Source of the DNA: Bugula neritina
Lineage: Eukaryota > Animalia > Bryozoa
Direction: 5' to 3'
NCBI GenBank assembly: GCA_964035545.1
Contig: OZ037772.1
Span: forward strand, 372,001-436,000
Length of the DNA: 64,000 bases
The notes beneath the pieces are model-generated. The model did no database searches, had not been told where the DNA came from, and was given only the letters and a program-made list of their open reading frames with translations. The position numbers were made by a program, and so were the translations under genes. Positions 24,901 to 40,300 of the stretch are shown here, one piece after another. Positions within the stretch are counted from its first letter, which is position 1. Each line of letters begins with the position of its first letter.

Positions 24901-26287
24901 ACAGACTTGTTTCAAATTGTTTGTATGTTTAATTTGCAGACAAACAATTTCATAATCAACTGCTAGAAACTATTGTAATAAAAATATAGACAGCTGTTAT
25001 AATGTGTTTCTCCTCCTAGCATTAATGAGTAGCATTCTTGTTTGATGAGTCACCTAATTAGTTCGTTTCTTCAGTTAAATGTTGCTACATTCTGACAGAT
25101 TATATAATGTTGGTTTCGTTGCTGTTAGCTTACATCACTACTTACACCTTATTTCTCTAGAAACATAGGTAAGGGATGGTACAATTTATACTGTGTATTA
25201 TATACTGTTAGTTATATTGTGAAATAGAGAAGTTGTATTCTCTATTGTTTGTTGTCAGGTGGATCCAGATGGTGGCTCCATAGCTAATGCTATCCAGGCT
25301 TACTGTCGCAAGGAAATGAAGAGCACTTGTATCAATGCCAAGAACTCCGAGTTTGCTACCAAATCGTACGTCACCCAGCAGCTAGATAATCAGCCATTCA
25401 TTGCTAAACACATGGGAACAGCACTTGTAAGTGTTTATCTTGTATCAACCACGACTGTCTTAGTAATAGTCAAGAATATTCAAAAGTTTTATGTTGAGAA
25501 TTGTCGCTATAGTAACATATTTGTTTACTGTATGGATGTTGATAAGTATTGCTATAGTAACGTGTTGGTTTCCTGTATGGATGTTGCTAGTCACCAGATA
25601 CTAGTTCTCTACTATGTTGCTAGGCACTTGATAATCTGAACAATCACTGGCTTCTTCTTAAGCTGAGCGAGTTGTTGGTATGACTATTCCTTTTGCTGAT
25701 TGTAGATGTATAAACTCAGTGGCGGTAGAAGATGCATTCGGTGGGAAGAAAAAGTCAGTCATTTTATATACAGCTGGTGAAAAAGAATACACAGCGACAG
25801 TCAGCAGGCTCCAATCTTCCGTGCTGCAGGATGATTGCAAGGTATGTAAATCTAACCTGTATATAGTGTAAATCTGATCTATATACTGTAAATCTGACCT
25901 ATAAAGTGTAAATCTGACCCATATAGTGTGAATCTGACCTATAAAGTGTTAATCTAACCTATATAGCGTAAATTCTACCTACATATGAACATGATTGCGA
26001 TAGTTGCATCTTTTTGTATTGATATACAATATAGCTTGCCTTTGAGGCTTTTTAACAACTACTAATGAGTTCAACCCAAAAGCACTTTGATTTCTGTGCA
26101 AGTTTAGAGTTTTGAGTTTGCCCTCTGCCATTTTGTAGAATTCCAAATACCATCAGAAGCTCTGACAGTGATTGAGATTTACACCAAGACCACCACCCAC
26201 TTGCCTATTATTGACATTGCTCCTGGTGACATCGGGACCACCCACAAAGAGTTTGGGGTTCAGCTTGGAGAAGTCTGCTTTTCATAG
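21981..26287 (+). pseudogene. Fibrillar collagen pseudogene (Gly-X-Y exons plus COLFI C-propeptide), copy 1
   Basis: Gly-X-Y exons (~21981-22148, 22707-22775, ~23335-23464, ~23553-23690, 23958-24084, ~24222-24400, 24510-24564); telopeptide QADDA; COLFI motifs VDPDGGSIANAIQAYC, CINSVA..DDC and [36 protein letters not shown]. Many Gly replacements, frameshifts and missing COLFI segments. Confidence 0.88.
22303..23071. repeat. 25-bp (22303-22505) and 30-bp (22836-23071) minisatellites in collagen introns; copies at ~63393-63545 and 63895-64000
   Basis: Units ACAGGGGTGTAGACAGACTAAACTA and TATGCTGGGGTTTCCCTCACAGCTATTATA. Confidence 0.9.
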
Positions 26288-28954
26288 ACTCATATCTAAC
26301 AACAGTTTTATTTGTCTGATTTGTAAGACTGTCCCTGATTAGAGAATTAGTGGCCAATCAGAGAATGCAATCAATGTTTGGTTGGCTGAGACCAGCAGTC
26401 TGATTTTTATATAACCTAATTGTAAATGAAAGATTTGATTACTCTAAATAAATTTATCCGAGACTTCCAAGGCAGTGATGGTGATTTTTGTACATATAAC
26501 TTTGAAGAAGTTTAGCTATAGAGTTTATGCTGTTTTTTAATTATTCCACCATAACTTGAGATTGTGAGTAGTGATTCTAGAATGAGATAGGGAGGGTGTT
26601 ATGCCCCTCCCTATGATTTTATATATTCAGAAACTGTTGTTAATTTAGTAATTCTGTTGGTGCTACATTTTTGAATTTATTTAATCCAATCATTTCTTTA
26701 ATATTGCAAAATATATTTTACCATACAGCACTACCAACTTATTTCTCAGCTTGTAAATTTCATCATCAAAATTATTGAAGTAATAAATAATAATCATAAT
26801 CTTATATTATAATCAAATATACTAGAACAAATATAGACTTCTATAGTATATTATGCCTATCATTCATAAATTGCACTTTTAGAAAGAGGGGAACTTGATA
26901 GTAAACAGTTATGGAAGGGGAGATGATATGGTATGAAAAAGGTTTGGAACCACTGAGCTAGAGGAACCACCATACCTCTACCATATCATCACATCCCTCT
27001 GCCATCTTGATTGCAGCCTGCCAGTTAAGAAAATTCAGGATTAATCAGATATTCAGTGATGTCGCTGAATATGCTAGTACTAAACAGCTCAACTTAAACA
27101 TAATAAAAATATTTTACATAATGAAAGTACAAACAAAAAGATGCAAGTGCTAGCTGACACTGAAGACTACTAATAAGAGACAGAGTCCTTGTAAAGATTT
27201 TGCTACTGAAAAGGACATAGATGTTATCGGTATTTTTGTAATTTGAAAATATACAGGACCGGAATTGGATATTCTAAAATAGTTCAATTGAAAAACATGC
27301 ACACCTGGTGCCCTGGATAATTGTTCAGATTTCAACCTAAGAGTTGTCTCTCTTCGACACTACAATATAGCGCTCCGCTCAATAAATGCAACATTTCTTT
27401 CACGTGATTATTATAGAGCCGACCTTTGTACTTGAGTGACGTGTTATAATCCTTCTGCGCGCAGAACTTCCTCGTTATTTTGGTTTTGGTTTTATTCATA
27501 TTGTGCCTTTTCTCAGTTACTACGTACTAGTTACCAAGTTTCTTACCAGTTTACAGACTGACACTATTGACTCTCGTGAGGTGAGAACAGTTTGAGTCAT
27601 CTCATCATTTCTCAAATTAATCAGGTACCCGTACTTTAATACTTGCAGTTAGATTTGCTATTTTAGTATTTACTATAAAAATTTAGTATTTTACTATTTT
27701 AATTCTAGATTTACTTTTACTTTTAGTTTTAGTTTTACTTTTAGCCTTTAGGCTTTAGGTTTAAGTCTAGGCTTATAACTTATATAATACCAATATAAGA
27801 TTAAGCTTAAGACTAAGTTATATTTAAATTATAAGTTATATAAATTAAAATTCTTACAGTTTGAGTTAATCATAATTTTATAATATTAATTAAATATAAT
27901 ATTAATTGTTTCTCTTTGAGTCTTGGATTTGAAATTTACAATAGACATAGTAATACCATAGCCCATAGGCATATGATCAATAATTAATTAATTATAATGA
28001 TTTATCGAATAATATAAATATGAATATCGTATTGATGATATTAAATTTATTATTATTATAAAAAATTTAATCGACTTCAAGTTTAGGTTCAAGTTTTAAT
28101 ACTGAAAAATTGATCTACCAGTAGTAGTACTAGTACTACTACTAGTACTACTACGTCTACAGTAGTACTAGTAGTAGTGGTGGTAGCCTACGATTACAGA
28201 TTACTATTACGTACTATAAGTATTAGTTCATTAGTAATACATGTACTATTAGATTACTCTTAGTATTGCTATTCGATTTACTGTTGGTATAACTATATAA
28301 GAATTGAGACTAAGTATTTCAGTTTCGCACTATTTTATTTATATAAATGTTTGTATTAACTTTAAGTATTACTATTAGTAATCACAATTAGCATTGATAT
28401 TGCATCTCCTATTAGGATTACTGCTATTACTATTAGTATTGTTGTGTGAGTAATTACTAATTAGTATTAGTAATTTTTACTCATTGCATTACATTTACTA
28501 TAAGTATAACTATAAAGTGTAAGTTACTATTATTGCTCTACTATAACTATCAGTATTAGATTTAGTGTTGCAGTTGGTTTTACTGCCAGGTCCCCTACCA
28601 TCATTAAATTTATTTATAATGATAATCTTGGTGATTATCACCCAATATTGACTCATGACTAGGTTAGCCACATTTATATGATCTGCTATTGTTGTAAACA
28701 TAAAAATATGAGGTTAGTGTTAATAAATCATTTGCTAGGTAAGAGTGTAGAATAAATAATTGGCTAGAGATGAGTGTAGAAGCTGCCAACTCATGAAACA
28801 ACTACACCTGACCTAACAGAAGCACAAACATGTTAAATTAGTATGTTCCACACCACCATAGTTTCTATTAGATGATTAGAGTAGCAAACTAGCAGTTGAT
28901 GGCTTTTTCCCTGGCTGGTGGAAGAGTGAATCTAAGTAACATATTAATATTTTG

Positions 28955-29541
28955 GTGTGTTAGTGGATTAGAATTTGAGATTTCATGAACATGTACAATC
29001 AGTAGTTACAACAGTATCAAGAAGAATGTATATTGTGAAGAGTTTTGCATATCTTAGCTCTAAACCTCTAGCAAATATGTTATTCAAAAGTTTCATCTTG
29101 TCCCGCATCGCCTATTGTCTACCTACTATTTTTACTTGTATCTATGCCAGTGATAAAAAAGCCATTCAAAGGATTTTCAAAGTTTGCTCAAAACTTGGGA
29201 TTGAGTATCTAAACATTGATTTGCACATTCAGAAACTCACTAAAGAACTTGCTATCAAATATATAGCAGACAATGACCATTTTATCAATAACTTTCTGAG
29301 TCAATGCCCTTCTGGAAGATATCGAACTATCAAATATAGAGGGGCATGGGGCCGAGATAGCTTCTTGCGACTTCTTGTAAATACTTTAAACGAGCTTTTA
29401 TTTTAAATAGTCTAACAGAGTTTTGACTTTTTCTCTTAATTTTGTTCATGCCTAGTTATGTTATAATCAGCATTTACACTGAATTTTGCAACGTGTTGTC
29501 ATGTTTGTGATATATAATAAATCAATCAATCAATCAATCAA
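28955..29541 (+). mobile_element. 5'-truncated LINE (L2/Crack-like) with (ATCA)n tail
   Basis: LRFHEHVQSVVTTVSRRMY..LFKSFILSRIAYCL is an RT C-terminus, followed by AATAAA and (ATCA)n at ~29516-29541. Confidence 0.75.
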
Positions 29542-30224
29542 ATCATGCATCACCAACACTGCAGAAATGTTGAAATGAATTTTGTCATTTAGATTATGGA
29601 GAAAACAAAGTATTTTCAACACCCAGCACAAAATATTTCATGAAACTATGTTTTCTCCCACTGCTATGTTTCCCCCTATTTTGTGTCTTAGCGTGAGCCC
29701 ACGCAATGTATCTAGCCCAAAAATGGGCAGGTAACATTGTAAAAATGGCTGATATTTCTGAATAAGGGGATAAGCAGCTGAGCCCAATTGTGCTGTTTGT
29801 TCATAAAAGTAATACATAACTCACTGGTATTCATGTTTCACTTCTCCTCTATATATTAGAAACACTTGATTATTGATGTTCAATAGAAGTAGAATAAAAG
29901 TGTTCACTGAAGCACACAACATTGCTTCATATTTACTGTATATGGAGTTTGAGTCACCAGCAAAAACCTATTCAGTGATTACAATGGAAACAATACAGCC
30001 TTTGTTAGAGAGTTAAAGCTGTGAGCTCAGCATGTTGTAGCTGACTATCATGTATACCAGTGTTATTAACTGCCTTTGTTTAACATTATTTTTCATGTCT
30101 TTATTTTGTATGGTTTATTGTTAATGGTTAAGTCTTTGATTGGGAAACCTTCACATATGCAGTGTGAAATATTATGCTAAGAGAATGTGTATCTTTTACA
30201 GCATTTCCTTATCATATAACCAAG

Positions 30225-33200
30225 ATGGCAGAATCCAGAGTTGTGAAAAAGAGACTAAACAATTCGTATCGCTGTGGGTACTGCTCGCAGTACTTCAACA
30301 AACTTGAAGATCCCAGAACTCTGCCATGTCTGCATGTGTACTGCATGAGATGTTTGAAGACTGACATCGGTGGTAGGAAGGATCATATCAGATGTGCTTA
30401 TTGTAGGTGAGTTACAGTACATAACACAATATATCATGTCGTAGGCTTGCGTATGATTTTCTCACTATCATCTAGGAGTTGTCTGGTCTATGTCTATGAA
30501 AAGCAAACAATACTGTGTATTCTATGTGAACTCTGGTTACCAACTTGTGGAGTGTGTGGATATCTTCTCATTAGGTAGAGAAAGTAACTGTTATGTAGAT
30601 TGCATCATCAGCTGTCCTCTCTTGTTGAATTGGGTATACTGTTGGATGTCATGGGATTGGGGTTGTCTCCTCATTATATTATTTTGTTCTCATACAGTAC
30701 AATACTTGTTAGACCAACCTTTTTCATATCATTCCCACTTTCATAAATGTTTACTATTGATTATCCCCCCTTTATAAAAAACGAAAAAATTTATGACTGA
30801 CATAATGATAATATAGATTACTATGCAATATTTTTTCTATTACATTTGAATATAATATAATTATTTCTGATAATTATATTGTACATGTATAAAACACAGA
30901 GCAGTTCAATTATTAATATTATGGCTGCAGCTGATGACATTGTGTCAGCTTGCTTTCCAATCGCCCACCCCAACCCTTAAACCCCAACCCCAATATTGAA
31001 ATTAAAACACATTCATGTAGAAGTAGACTGAGAAGGCAGAATTGGTTAAATAGATAAGCTAAGATGAATGCTTATAGATATACATGTACATGTAACTTGC
31101 AAGAGCTCAAAAGTCTTTACAAACTGCTTGAAATTTTCAAAATCGAAATCCAGGCTCCCCCCTAAAAAGCCCGAATTCCCTCTTATAGGGGGATTCTCCC
31201 AGGTTGGGAACCATTGTGTTGAATTGACTTGTGTTTACTATCTCCTTTCCTGTGATTATAAACATGTATGATGTTGTCATGACAACAGAGTTGCTGTGGC
31301 ACAAAGTACAGTTTACTAGTATGTAGTGATTGTGTAGTGAGAGTGGAGTGTCTGGTTATTGTCCATGGTTATGTGTAATCTGTAAGGAGTAGAATTATAT
31401 TATTTTAATATAATGTTGAGAGAGGTACTTTTATAATGGCAGTTTGCTCAATAGTTTTAGTTCTAATGCAATAGACTCATAGCTCTGGAGTCTAGCAGCT
31501 GCTACTATTACCACTAGCTGTTCAAAATTCGGCCAACATCCGGGCTGCCAAACCATAATAGCCATTGGCAAGGCCAAGCAGTCACTGAGAAATTATTTGA
31601 CTAAAGAGCAGGTCTTATGACAATTAGTAGTCAGTCCCTTAGACAGGAAACAGTGATTCTGTGACCTATGTAGTTAAATCCATTGCTGAACTTTTGATTG
31701 ATTATTAGATAGCCATCACAATTGTGTTTGGTGGTAAGTTGTACAATATAATATTATGGGGTGTCAATCAGTGTCTAATATAATCTGTGAATTGAGTGTC
31801 TCCTTTAGCTTTGATGAGTTGATTACTTTGTACTGAGTCATGAATAGTGTTGAGGATTTGGGCCTTTATTATGCCAACCCCCCCCCTCTGACTTAAACTG
31901 TGACCCAACCTGCTGCACATACATAGTAGTACTACACTGAAGATAGTTAACATGTGTATATATCATATACATATATATATAACATATATATATACATGCA
32001 TATATCATCCTACTAGTAATGGATTACTAAGTACAACTTATCCTATGACTCACTTTTCTTATGCTAGCTGCACGAGATAGACAACACACACGTGACACGC
32101 ACTCACAGTGCACTAGCTCTTGACACATTGCCAAGGATGATGAAATGACAGTTTCGCGCCACTCCTAGCAGTTAGAGTGGCAGGGAATAGTTGTAGTATG
32201 TTGTAGTATTGACTTCAGAATTCACACCTCAGTAAGTAGTTGCATTGCACAAACTTGCAACAAAAGTGAATAATTATTGACAATATGGCCTCCACTCAGT
32301 AGTTAACTAGTAATTTGTCTTGTAATTTTACTCTACAAGTTACAGTTGAGTCTATTTGTTGAGTAGCAGTTCTTTGTCATGAGTGACTATTTTCCAGCAT
32401 ATTAAGTACATAATATAGTCAAGTGTGTTTGTGTGATAGCCTGTGGTCTATATAATGAATGTGTGTTGATGGGTGATGAGTATTTATTTGAGTATTTGTC
32501 AAGGACATAGCTGTGTGTGTGGATGGAGTATTTCATCACTTGAGATATACTAAACACAGCTAACACAGGTAACATACTGATTGCTATATATTGTAGGAAA
32601 GATCACTATGACATCACGGATCCCACAACACTACCAGTAGCTCAGCATGGAGACCCCTTAGAATACAAGTCTCCACCCAAACCTGCACCCATTCCCTGCG
32701 ATGTTTGTAAAGGTGGAACTGAAGCTGCTGTGTTTTGTGTCGACAGTCAAAAGAAATTGTGTCAGCAGCATCAAGAAGTGAGTCTTTCTTATATAATTTC
32801 TCAAGATTAGTTACTAAACCAGTTCTGGTTTGTATGTAGAATATTATTGAAAAGAAATGTTGAGTCTGTGTGACTTTTTATACTAAACACACAGTTTCAC
32901 AGTGCAGTGAGTCAACTATGACAGACTTGTTGGTGAAAATACAACCAACTAAACTGTTGACCTTTATTATACAGAATCACAGAGAGCTGATGGGAGATAG
33001 ACATCAGTTTATTGACATTGAGGTCTACAGAGCTTCTCCCCAAAGATATACTATAACTGAGTGTGAACATCATAAACAGGAACAGCTGACAGAAGTGTGT
33101 TCCAAGTGTCACCAGATATTCTGTATGAGATGTGATATGAAGACTGGCTGTAAGGATAAGACAGGTATTTACTTGCTGTTTCTATTTCTGTAGAAAGAAA

Positions 33201-36200
33201 CTGAGAAATGTTACAAGAACCTGTTATTTATTATTTTATTATTAAAGTGAGTTATGTAACAGTAAAAGAGGAAGTAAGTTTGTCAGCATTAAGGTTTGTG
33301 TGAGACAGAAGTGGATAGTGCAGGAGTTTATATTCTCACTGTTATGTTGAATATTTAGTATATTTCATCCTTCAAGTGTCTGTTTCCTTGATAAGATGGT
33401 ATAGGCATAGCTTTAACTCAGTTGTGTCCCACCTTTTTTATAAATATTTTCTATTAAGTTTCCGCCTCTTTGATAAAATTGTAATTTCATTTATAAAGAA
33501 AATCTCGGACAGGTTGTTTTCCTAATAATTCATTGAGTGTAGAAAAAAGCACTTTGTATTTGACATGGACCAGTGTCTGCCGCAACTTCAGTTCAGCTTT
33601 GAAAGCATTGATGCTGCTATTAAAAGCAGTGAGTTGATGATTATAATCATTCATTTTAGGTTCAAAGTTTTTAGTACAGCAAATATATCTACTAGGTATG
33701 CAATAAGTAGTTCATGGAGATCAGATTGACTCACTGCAAAAACTTGCTGTTGGTTTTTACTTTCAAGAAACTTTTTAACCTCCATTCATAGTAGGAGGGG
33801 TAGCAGCTAGGGTAGAAAAGGAAAAGGCACTTTGTGTTTGGCATGGACCAGTGTCTGCCACAACTTCAGTTTAGTTATAGAACACATACATGTAACCTGG
33901 AAAACAAGGCAAGAGCTCAAAGAGCTAGTAAACTGTGTGAATTTTTTAGAAATGAAACCCCTGGAAAGCCCAAATTCCCTGCAAGGGGAATCCCCCAAGG
34001 TTGGGAGCCACTGCTCTAACTTTTTCAATTATATTATTCTAAGTGCAGTGATTAATGAGCTAACCTGTGAAATATTTCTAGTCTAACCAACTGTCTAGTT
34101 ATCACATAGTATGTGTATAGTGATACATCATCAACCTGTAGGTACAAGTAGCAGGTGTAGAATAAGTACAATATCACATCTATAATAATGTTTTTATAAA
34201 TAGTGTGATTTTATGTATACAGAGGAGACAGTAGCATCCCATGACTTGGCATCTTTGAGTGATTTGTCTTGTGAGTTACGAGAAAGTCTGACTGGTGGAA
34301 TACAGACTCTGTCTGAGAAAGTTGCAGAGTTGAATGACATCTCAAAGGATGCCTGGAAAGAACTGAGTAAAATAGAAGATGAAGTGAAGAAGATGGTTGC
34401 CAGAGTAAACGCTGTAGCTGACGCTCAGGTATGCTGACATGGTGATGTCATCTAATGTAATTCTGTTTGTCTGAAATTGGATTTTGCATGTGGTCTTTCA
34501 GTTGTAATCAGAAATGAATTTCATTTGCCACTAGAATTAACTGGCCATTAAAGCTTTATCATTCTGTGAACAAGTAGCAGTAGTCATTCATCACATGTTA
34601 CTCAGTGCAGAGGAACCTGTCAATACAGATGACTCACTCATCCTTCTGCAACTGTCAATCACTCACACAGAGAGGTTGGCTGTCTGAGTGATTAACAGGT
34701 GTCAGGGGGAGGAGACTAGTCACGTGATGTACTAGCTCTCTGCTGTGTATAGAGTGTCACGTGACTGAGTCATTGTCCACTCAGTGGGTGATCTGTCACT
34801 TTCATTTCAAGTGCAGAGGTTGTGAGGTGCAGATGTGGTTACGCTGTGTTACTATTTATTAGATAGAAGAGATTAGAAAGAGAGCTACAAACCTGAGGCT
34901 AGAAATATATGGATATTTGAAGAGCTGCACACAGATAGTGGATAATTATAGAATAGAGCTGGCCTTGAGTAAGACAATGGGCAGACAGTCTCTGCTGGAC
35001 ACAGTACAACATGCAGTTGATAAGTTCAATGATGCAGGGATTGTGAGAGACTACAAAGAGATGAGTGAGAAGGTGGAAAAGGCTACAGATATTGGTGTAA
35101 TAGAGAAGTGTGTACTTCCAGACAGCATCTTGGTACCAACATGTAGGTGGAGTCTATAAATAGTAACACTAACTATAAATAACTTTCTGCTTGTAATTAG
35201 TTGAGTTGTTTTCACTGAATATTTTAATAGTAGAATAAGTAGATAGAGTTTATTTATTAGAGAATTGAGTTTTGTTCTACTCTCACATTATGAGACATTC
35301 CTGCAGTGTTTCAGAGTTTATGATGTATAAGTGAGCTGCTAAACTGTGTTATGCTGACTACCTGCTGTCAGTATTAACAAGATATTCTCACTTAGACCTG
35401 TGCATCACGTAGCAACTTGTAGTAACTACAGACTGCTTATATTTAAAACATTTTTTTATTTCAAGTTTGAAAAGCTGTTCCCACCTCCTCAGGTGATGAG
35501 ATTCTCAAGTTATAGAATTGTTATTTTGTTGTTGCAGACAGTGAAGACAGTCTGGGACTGAAGCTGCTGCAGCCACCATCTTCTCTACAGTCTGATGGAC
35601 TTCCTGTACGTGACTGGTGTGCCTCAGTAAACATCTCAGCTGATGGACATCTGATGTGTGGGACACGAGAAGGTGTAGAAGTAATAAATAGAGAGACTCT
35701 GGATACTATCAGCTCAGCGAAGGACACCAACAATACATGGTGGGGGGAGATAATCCAACCTGAAGGGGTGATGGTTGGCAGCGGGTATAACGAAGAGGAG
35801 GAAACAGCTGAAGTCTCACTTCTTGATCCGAACTCCTTTGAGAAGACTCGCTCTCTCTACAAGCATTCAGTAGATGTACCCTTCCTTTACTATAGAATAG
35901 CTCAGCACGACTCACTGCTCTATATTGTAGACACGAGTGAGAAACAGCTGGTAGTCTGTAATCTAGTTGACAATAAAATGCAGAAGTTCCCACTTCCTGA
36001 GATGGAGTTCCCTGACCCTGTATGCATCCTCCCAGACTCAACTCTCCTCTTAGGAGACTGTGCTGCAGATGGTAAAGTGAGAAGATATAAAGTGGAGAAC
36101 ACAACTCTCTCTCTAATGTGGGAGTTTCCTCACATCTCAGTACCATCTGGTATTTCCTTTGATCCAACATCTGAACTGATTCACATCTGTACAGTGGAAG

Positions 36201-37367
36201 GACCTCTCCTCATCCTCTCACTTGAAGGTAAATACTCTGTTTATTATAGTAAGTTTAGTTACTTTATATATAATTATGTTGTAGTAAATAATATATTTTA
36301 ATAATTAACAGTAAACAACTTCCACTCATAAGATATATTATGATATTGTTAGTATTTATCAAGTCACTGATGTTATTTTTAGCTAAAAGTTATGTAATAA
36401 AGACTGTAACATGCTGATAGTAGATGTTATATTCTTCATCACATGACTTGTAGCTAATAATAATATTAGTGAATAATACTGCCTCCCTACAATAAGTTTA
36501 TTTCCAGCTGCAGTAACATGCAGGATGTAAGCACAGGTAAAAGTGTATATTATATTGTATAGGTTTAAGGTGTACTCTGTGTAGTGTGCAGTGAGCTCTT
36601 AGTAAACTCTCTATTCACTCTTCCTTTCCAAGGGTTCACCTGGTAGTGTAGAGGATAGGGACTCCGCACTGCTAAGTGAGTTGGTGCTGCAAGGGGTTCA
36701 AACCCACCTATCAGCATGTCTAGTTAGTATACTATGCAAGTGTTTTACAGTAATTTTAGAGGTGCTCAGTCTAACAACTGTGCAGACTGCCAGCTACACA
36801 TGAGTTATGAGTTGTAGTTTGACTTCAGTCTAGTGCTGCTATTGTTTTGGTCATCAGATAATTTAAATATAAATAATTTGATACTTTTGACTGCCATTGC
36901 TGAGACTATTGTAACTTGATGATGGCTGGTAGAGCAGTGTTTGCTGGTGGGACTCAGGTAGCTGTGGTTGGTTCTTGTCATGTATTTAATATGTGATAAT
37001 GTTAAAGTAGCTGCAGTGGTATTAGAAGTAGACATGTGGGTGTGTTCTTGCTCAGAGCCACAGGCTGAGTTTGTGGGTCAAGGTCAATACAGTTGTATAA
37101 GGAGACAGTATTTTCTGCTGTTTGAATATTTACTTCATGCATATAACCTGCTTAGTTCCATCTTTAAAGGCAGCCTGTCTGTTTCTCTCAATACACACCA
37201 ACTGATACAATATGATGCTATTATTTACAGGTCAACTGGTGCTTACTGTTCCCAGAGAAAGTCTTGGTGTGAGTGGCGAGGTGTGGGACATTGCTGTGTA
37301 TAACAGAGACACAGTGTTTCTAGCAGGTGGAGATGATGGACTGAGGAGATACACAATAAAATACTAA
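30225..37367 (+). CDS. TRIM (RING-BB1-BB2-coiled coil-NHL-like propeller) E3 ligase, copy 2, ~621 aa; exons 30225-30406, 32597-32777, 32975-33164, 34223-34428, 34863-35142, 35538-36227, 37231-37367
   Basis: C3HC4 RING CGYC..LPCLHVYCMRC..CAYC; B-box1 CDVC..FCVDSQKKLCQQH; B-box2 CEHH..VCSKCHQIFCMRC. All six introns are GT-AG with matching phases; exon total 1866 nt with no internal stop. Confidence 0.88.
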
Positions 37368-40300
37368 ACTTATCAGCTACAGTCTACTAATAATCAGCTC
37401 AGTGAGGTACTGAGAGATAAAATGGATAATATTTGCCATCAACATAATTATATTCATTACAATTCATCAATACACACACTCTGCACGTAATTATAGTTAG
37501 ATATGACATGTTTTACTGTATCAAATATGTGTTGTCATTTTACTATCTAATAAAGTTTATTTGTTAGTGAAAACATAGTCTGTTTTCATGCCTCTTTAGC
37601 TTTAGTTCAAGTTGAGTTCGGTTACTAAAAAATAATCTTTACTGGAGCAATAACTGTAAATGATTTGTCCGTGGGAGAATTTATTTTGCAAATTGACATG
37701 CAGGTGCAAGTAACTCCAACATGACTTAGCAAATTTATTCCAACCATTCAAAATAATATACATTCCATTGCTGTGTACAACAGCATTGAGTAGCCAATCA
37801 AATTGTTTCTTGTCATGCAATCAGGAATCTGATAAACAATATATAAGGCAATCAACTAGATATAAACACTGTATTACTCTACACATGAGCTGTCTATGAT
37901 ACAGCTGTTTTGTAAACTGTGTGTAATTTGATGAGTTTAGTTCAATTGGTTGCAGTTTAATTATGACATGTTCCCCATTCACCTGGTAGAAATACCTTGT
38001 GTGCACAGACAAGTTGTAATGACTAACAGAAACTTTTTCAGTAGGTTCCAGTTCATCTTGAATATAATAGTACAGCTTGTTGTCATTTGGTCTCCATAGT
38101 ATTGATGGTACACTACCTTGTTTGGCCTCAATAGTATTGATAGTATACTACCTTGTTTGGCCTCAATAGTATTGATGGTAGACTACCTTGTTTAGCCTCA
38201 CTAGTATTGATGGTACACTACCTTGTCTGGCCTTAATATTATAGATGGTATATTACCTTGTTTGGCCTCAATAGTATTGATGGTAGACTACCTTGTTTAG
38301 CCTCACTAGTATTGATGGTACACTACCTTGTCTGGCCTTAATATTATAGATGGTACATTGCCTTGTTTGGCCTCAATAGTATTGATGGTAGACTACCTTG
38401 TTTAGCCTCACTAGTATTGATGGTAGACTACCTTGTCTAGCCTCACTAGTATTGATGGTACACTACCTTGTCTGGCCTTAATATTATAGATGGTATATTA
38501 CCTTGTTTGGCCTCAATAGTATTGATGGTAGACTACCTTGTTTAGCCTCACTAGTATTGATGGTACACTACCTTGTCTGGCCTTAATATTATAGATGGTA
38601 TATTACCTTGTTTGGCCTCAATAGTATTGATGGTAGACTACCTTGTTTAGCCTCACTAGTATTGATGGTACACTACCTTGTCTGGCCTTAATATTATAGA
38701 TGGTACATTACCTTGTTTGGCCTCAATAGTATTGATGGTATACTACCTTGTTTGGCCTCAATAGTATTGGTGGTAGACTACCTTGTTTGGCCTCAATAGT
38801 ATTGATGGTATACTACCTTGTTTGGCCTCAATAGTATTGATGGTATACTACTTTGTTTGGCCTCAATAGTGTTGATGGTAGACTACCTTGTTTAGCCTCA
38901 ATAGTATAGATGGTACACTACCTTGTTTGGCCTCAATAGTATAGATGGTACACTACCTTGTTTGGCCTCAATAGTCTTGCTAACAGCACAACTTACAAGA
39001 TTCAACTAATTTAACTTGTTGAGATTTACATGAATATAATACATATGAAATGTGAAAATAGCATTAAAAGTCAAGCAAGGAATTCACATTTTGACACAAT
39101 TATATACTTTCACTTGAAGGTAAGCTTGATGAACCAATATGAACTGTTCACAGAGTTTACTGTGTAGGATTTGCACCTAGAATATTTAGTTACATCAGAG
39201 CTAAGTGAAAAATCTAACAGTTGATTTATTCTGTTGAAAGTTAATGTGTTGAGTATTGATCTTATTACCCAACTTCACCCTTTTTACTGTACAGTTTGTT
39301 GATGTAAGTTCACTTAATAAAACTACCCTCATGCAAGGGGTGGGGGTGGAATATTATTGTGAATTTATGCTTTACTTGTTATTATAGGGTCTATTTAGGC
39401 AAAGCTATTTCACCAGGTTTGTGATTGCTAACACTTTATTCTATTTATTTCAAGATACTAATAAAACTGTACAACTATCAAAAACACGTTCCATAATAAG
39501 AGAGAGAATATACAAGACTTTACAATAACAATTCCAAGTGCTCTCTGCCTGCTAGTCAAATAGACTAGGGCCGACTACAAGTATTCAGCTCCGCCTACTA
39601 CTAATTATTAACAGTCACTGATTGGCCATCACGATGGCACCATCACACTAGTTGATCTGCATGCTGCAAAATGCATCATGTCCTCTAGTTAAAGTGTGTG
39701 CATGGAGTTGTCCTTTCGATATAATAACATAATATACAAAATCTCTGCAATATGCCATCTGGGATATCTGTATGATAAACTTAACCAATCAACTAGCAGC
39801 ATCTTCACTATTCAATGGAATTATCAAACTATATTATTTAACTGTAACAATATCCTAGTGAAACCTCTCAACTGTTCCTCCTATTCACTAATCATCAAAT
39901 TATTCTCCTCTACCAAATCAATACCTTGTGCAGACTCCATACTCAATCTTCTCTACATACAGTTTATATTCCAGCTATCAGAGTCATGATTCTACATCAC
40001 ATGAATGTTCTCTACTTTAACAAGAGAATAACCAACTATAAAAACCTGCTATAGCACACAATATAGCAACCTGTTATAACATGACATACAGTACATCAAT
40101 ATTCATTCACTACACAAAATATCTCAATACACATAACAACTGGAGCTGCTGAAGTTCAATGGCTTATACAAGTTGAATTGAACAAAACACTACGTTGTTC
40201 TTCAGCATATCAACTAGTATGAGTAGTGTGGAGAGATCTTTTATATATATAAAAACTTGTGTTTGAAGGAAATATTAAATTATATTATTCCTCTTAGCAT

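Noticed and set aside
27400-27630. Candidate TRIM promoter or non-coding first exon (CpG-richer patch with GT donors)
   Set aside because: Plausible because the RING exon has an acceptor at 30201, but not supportable without transcript data.
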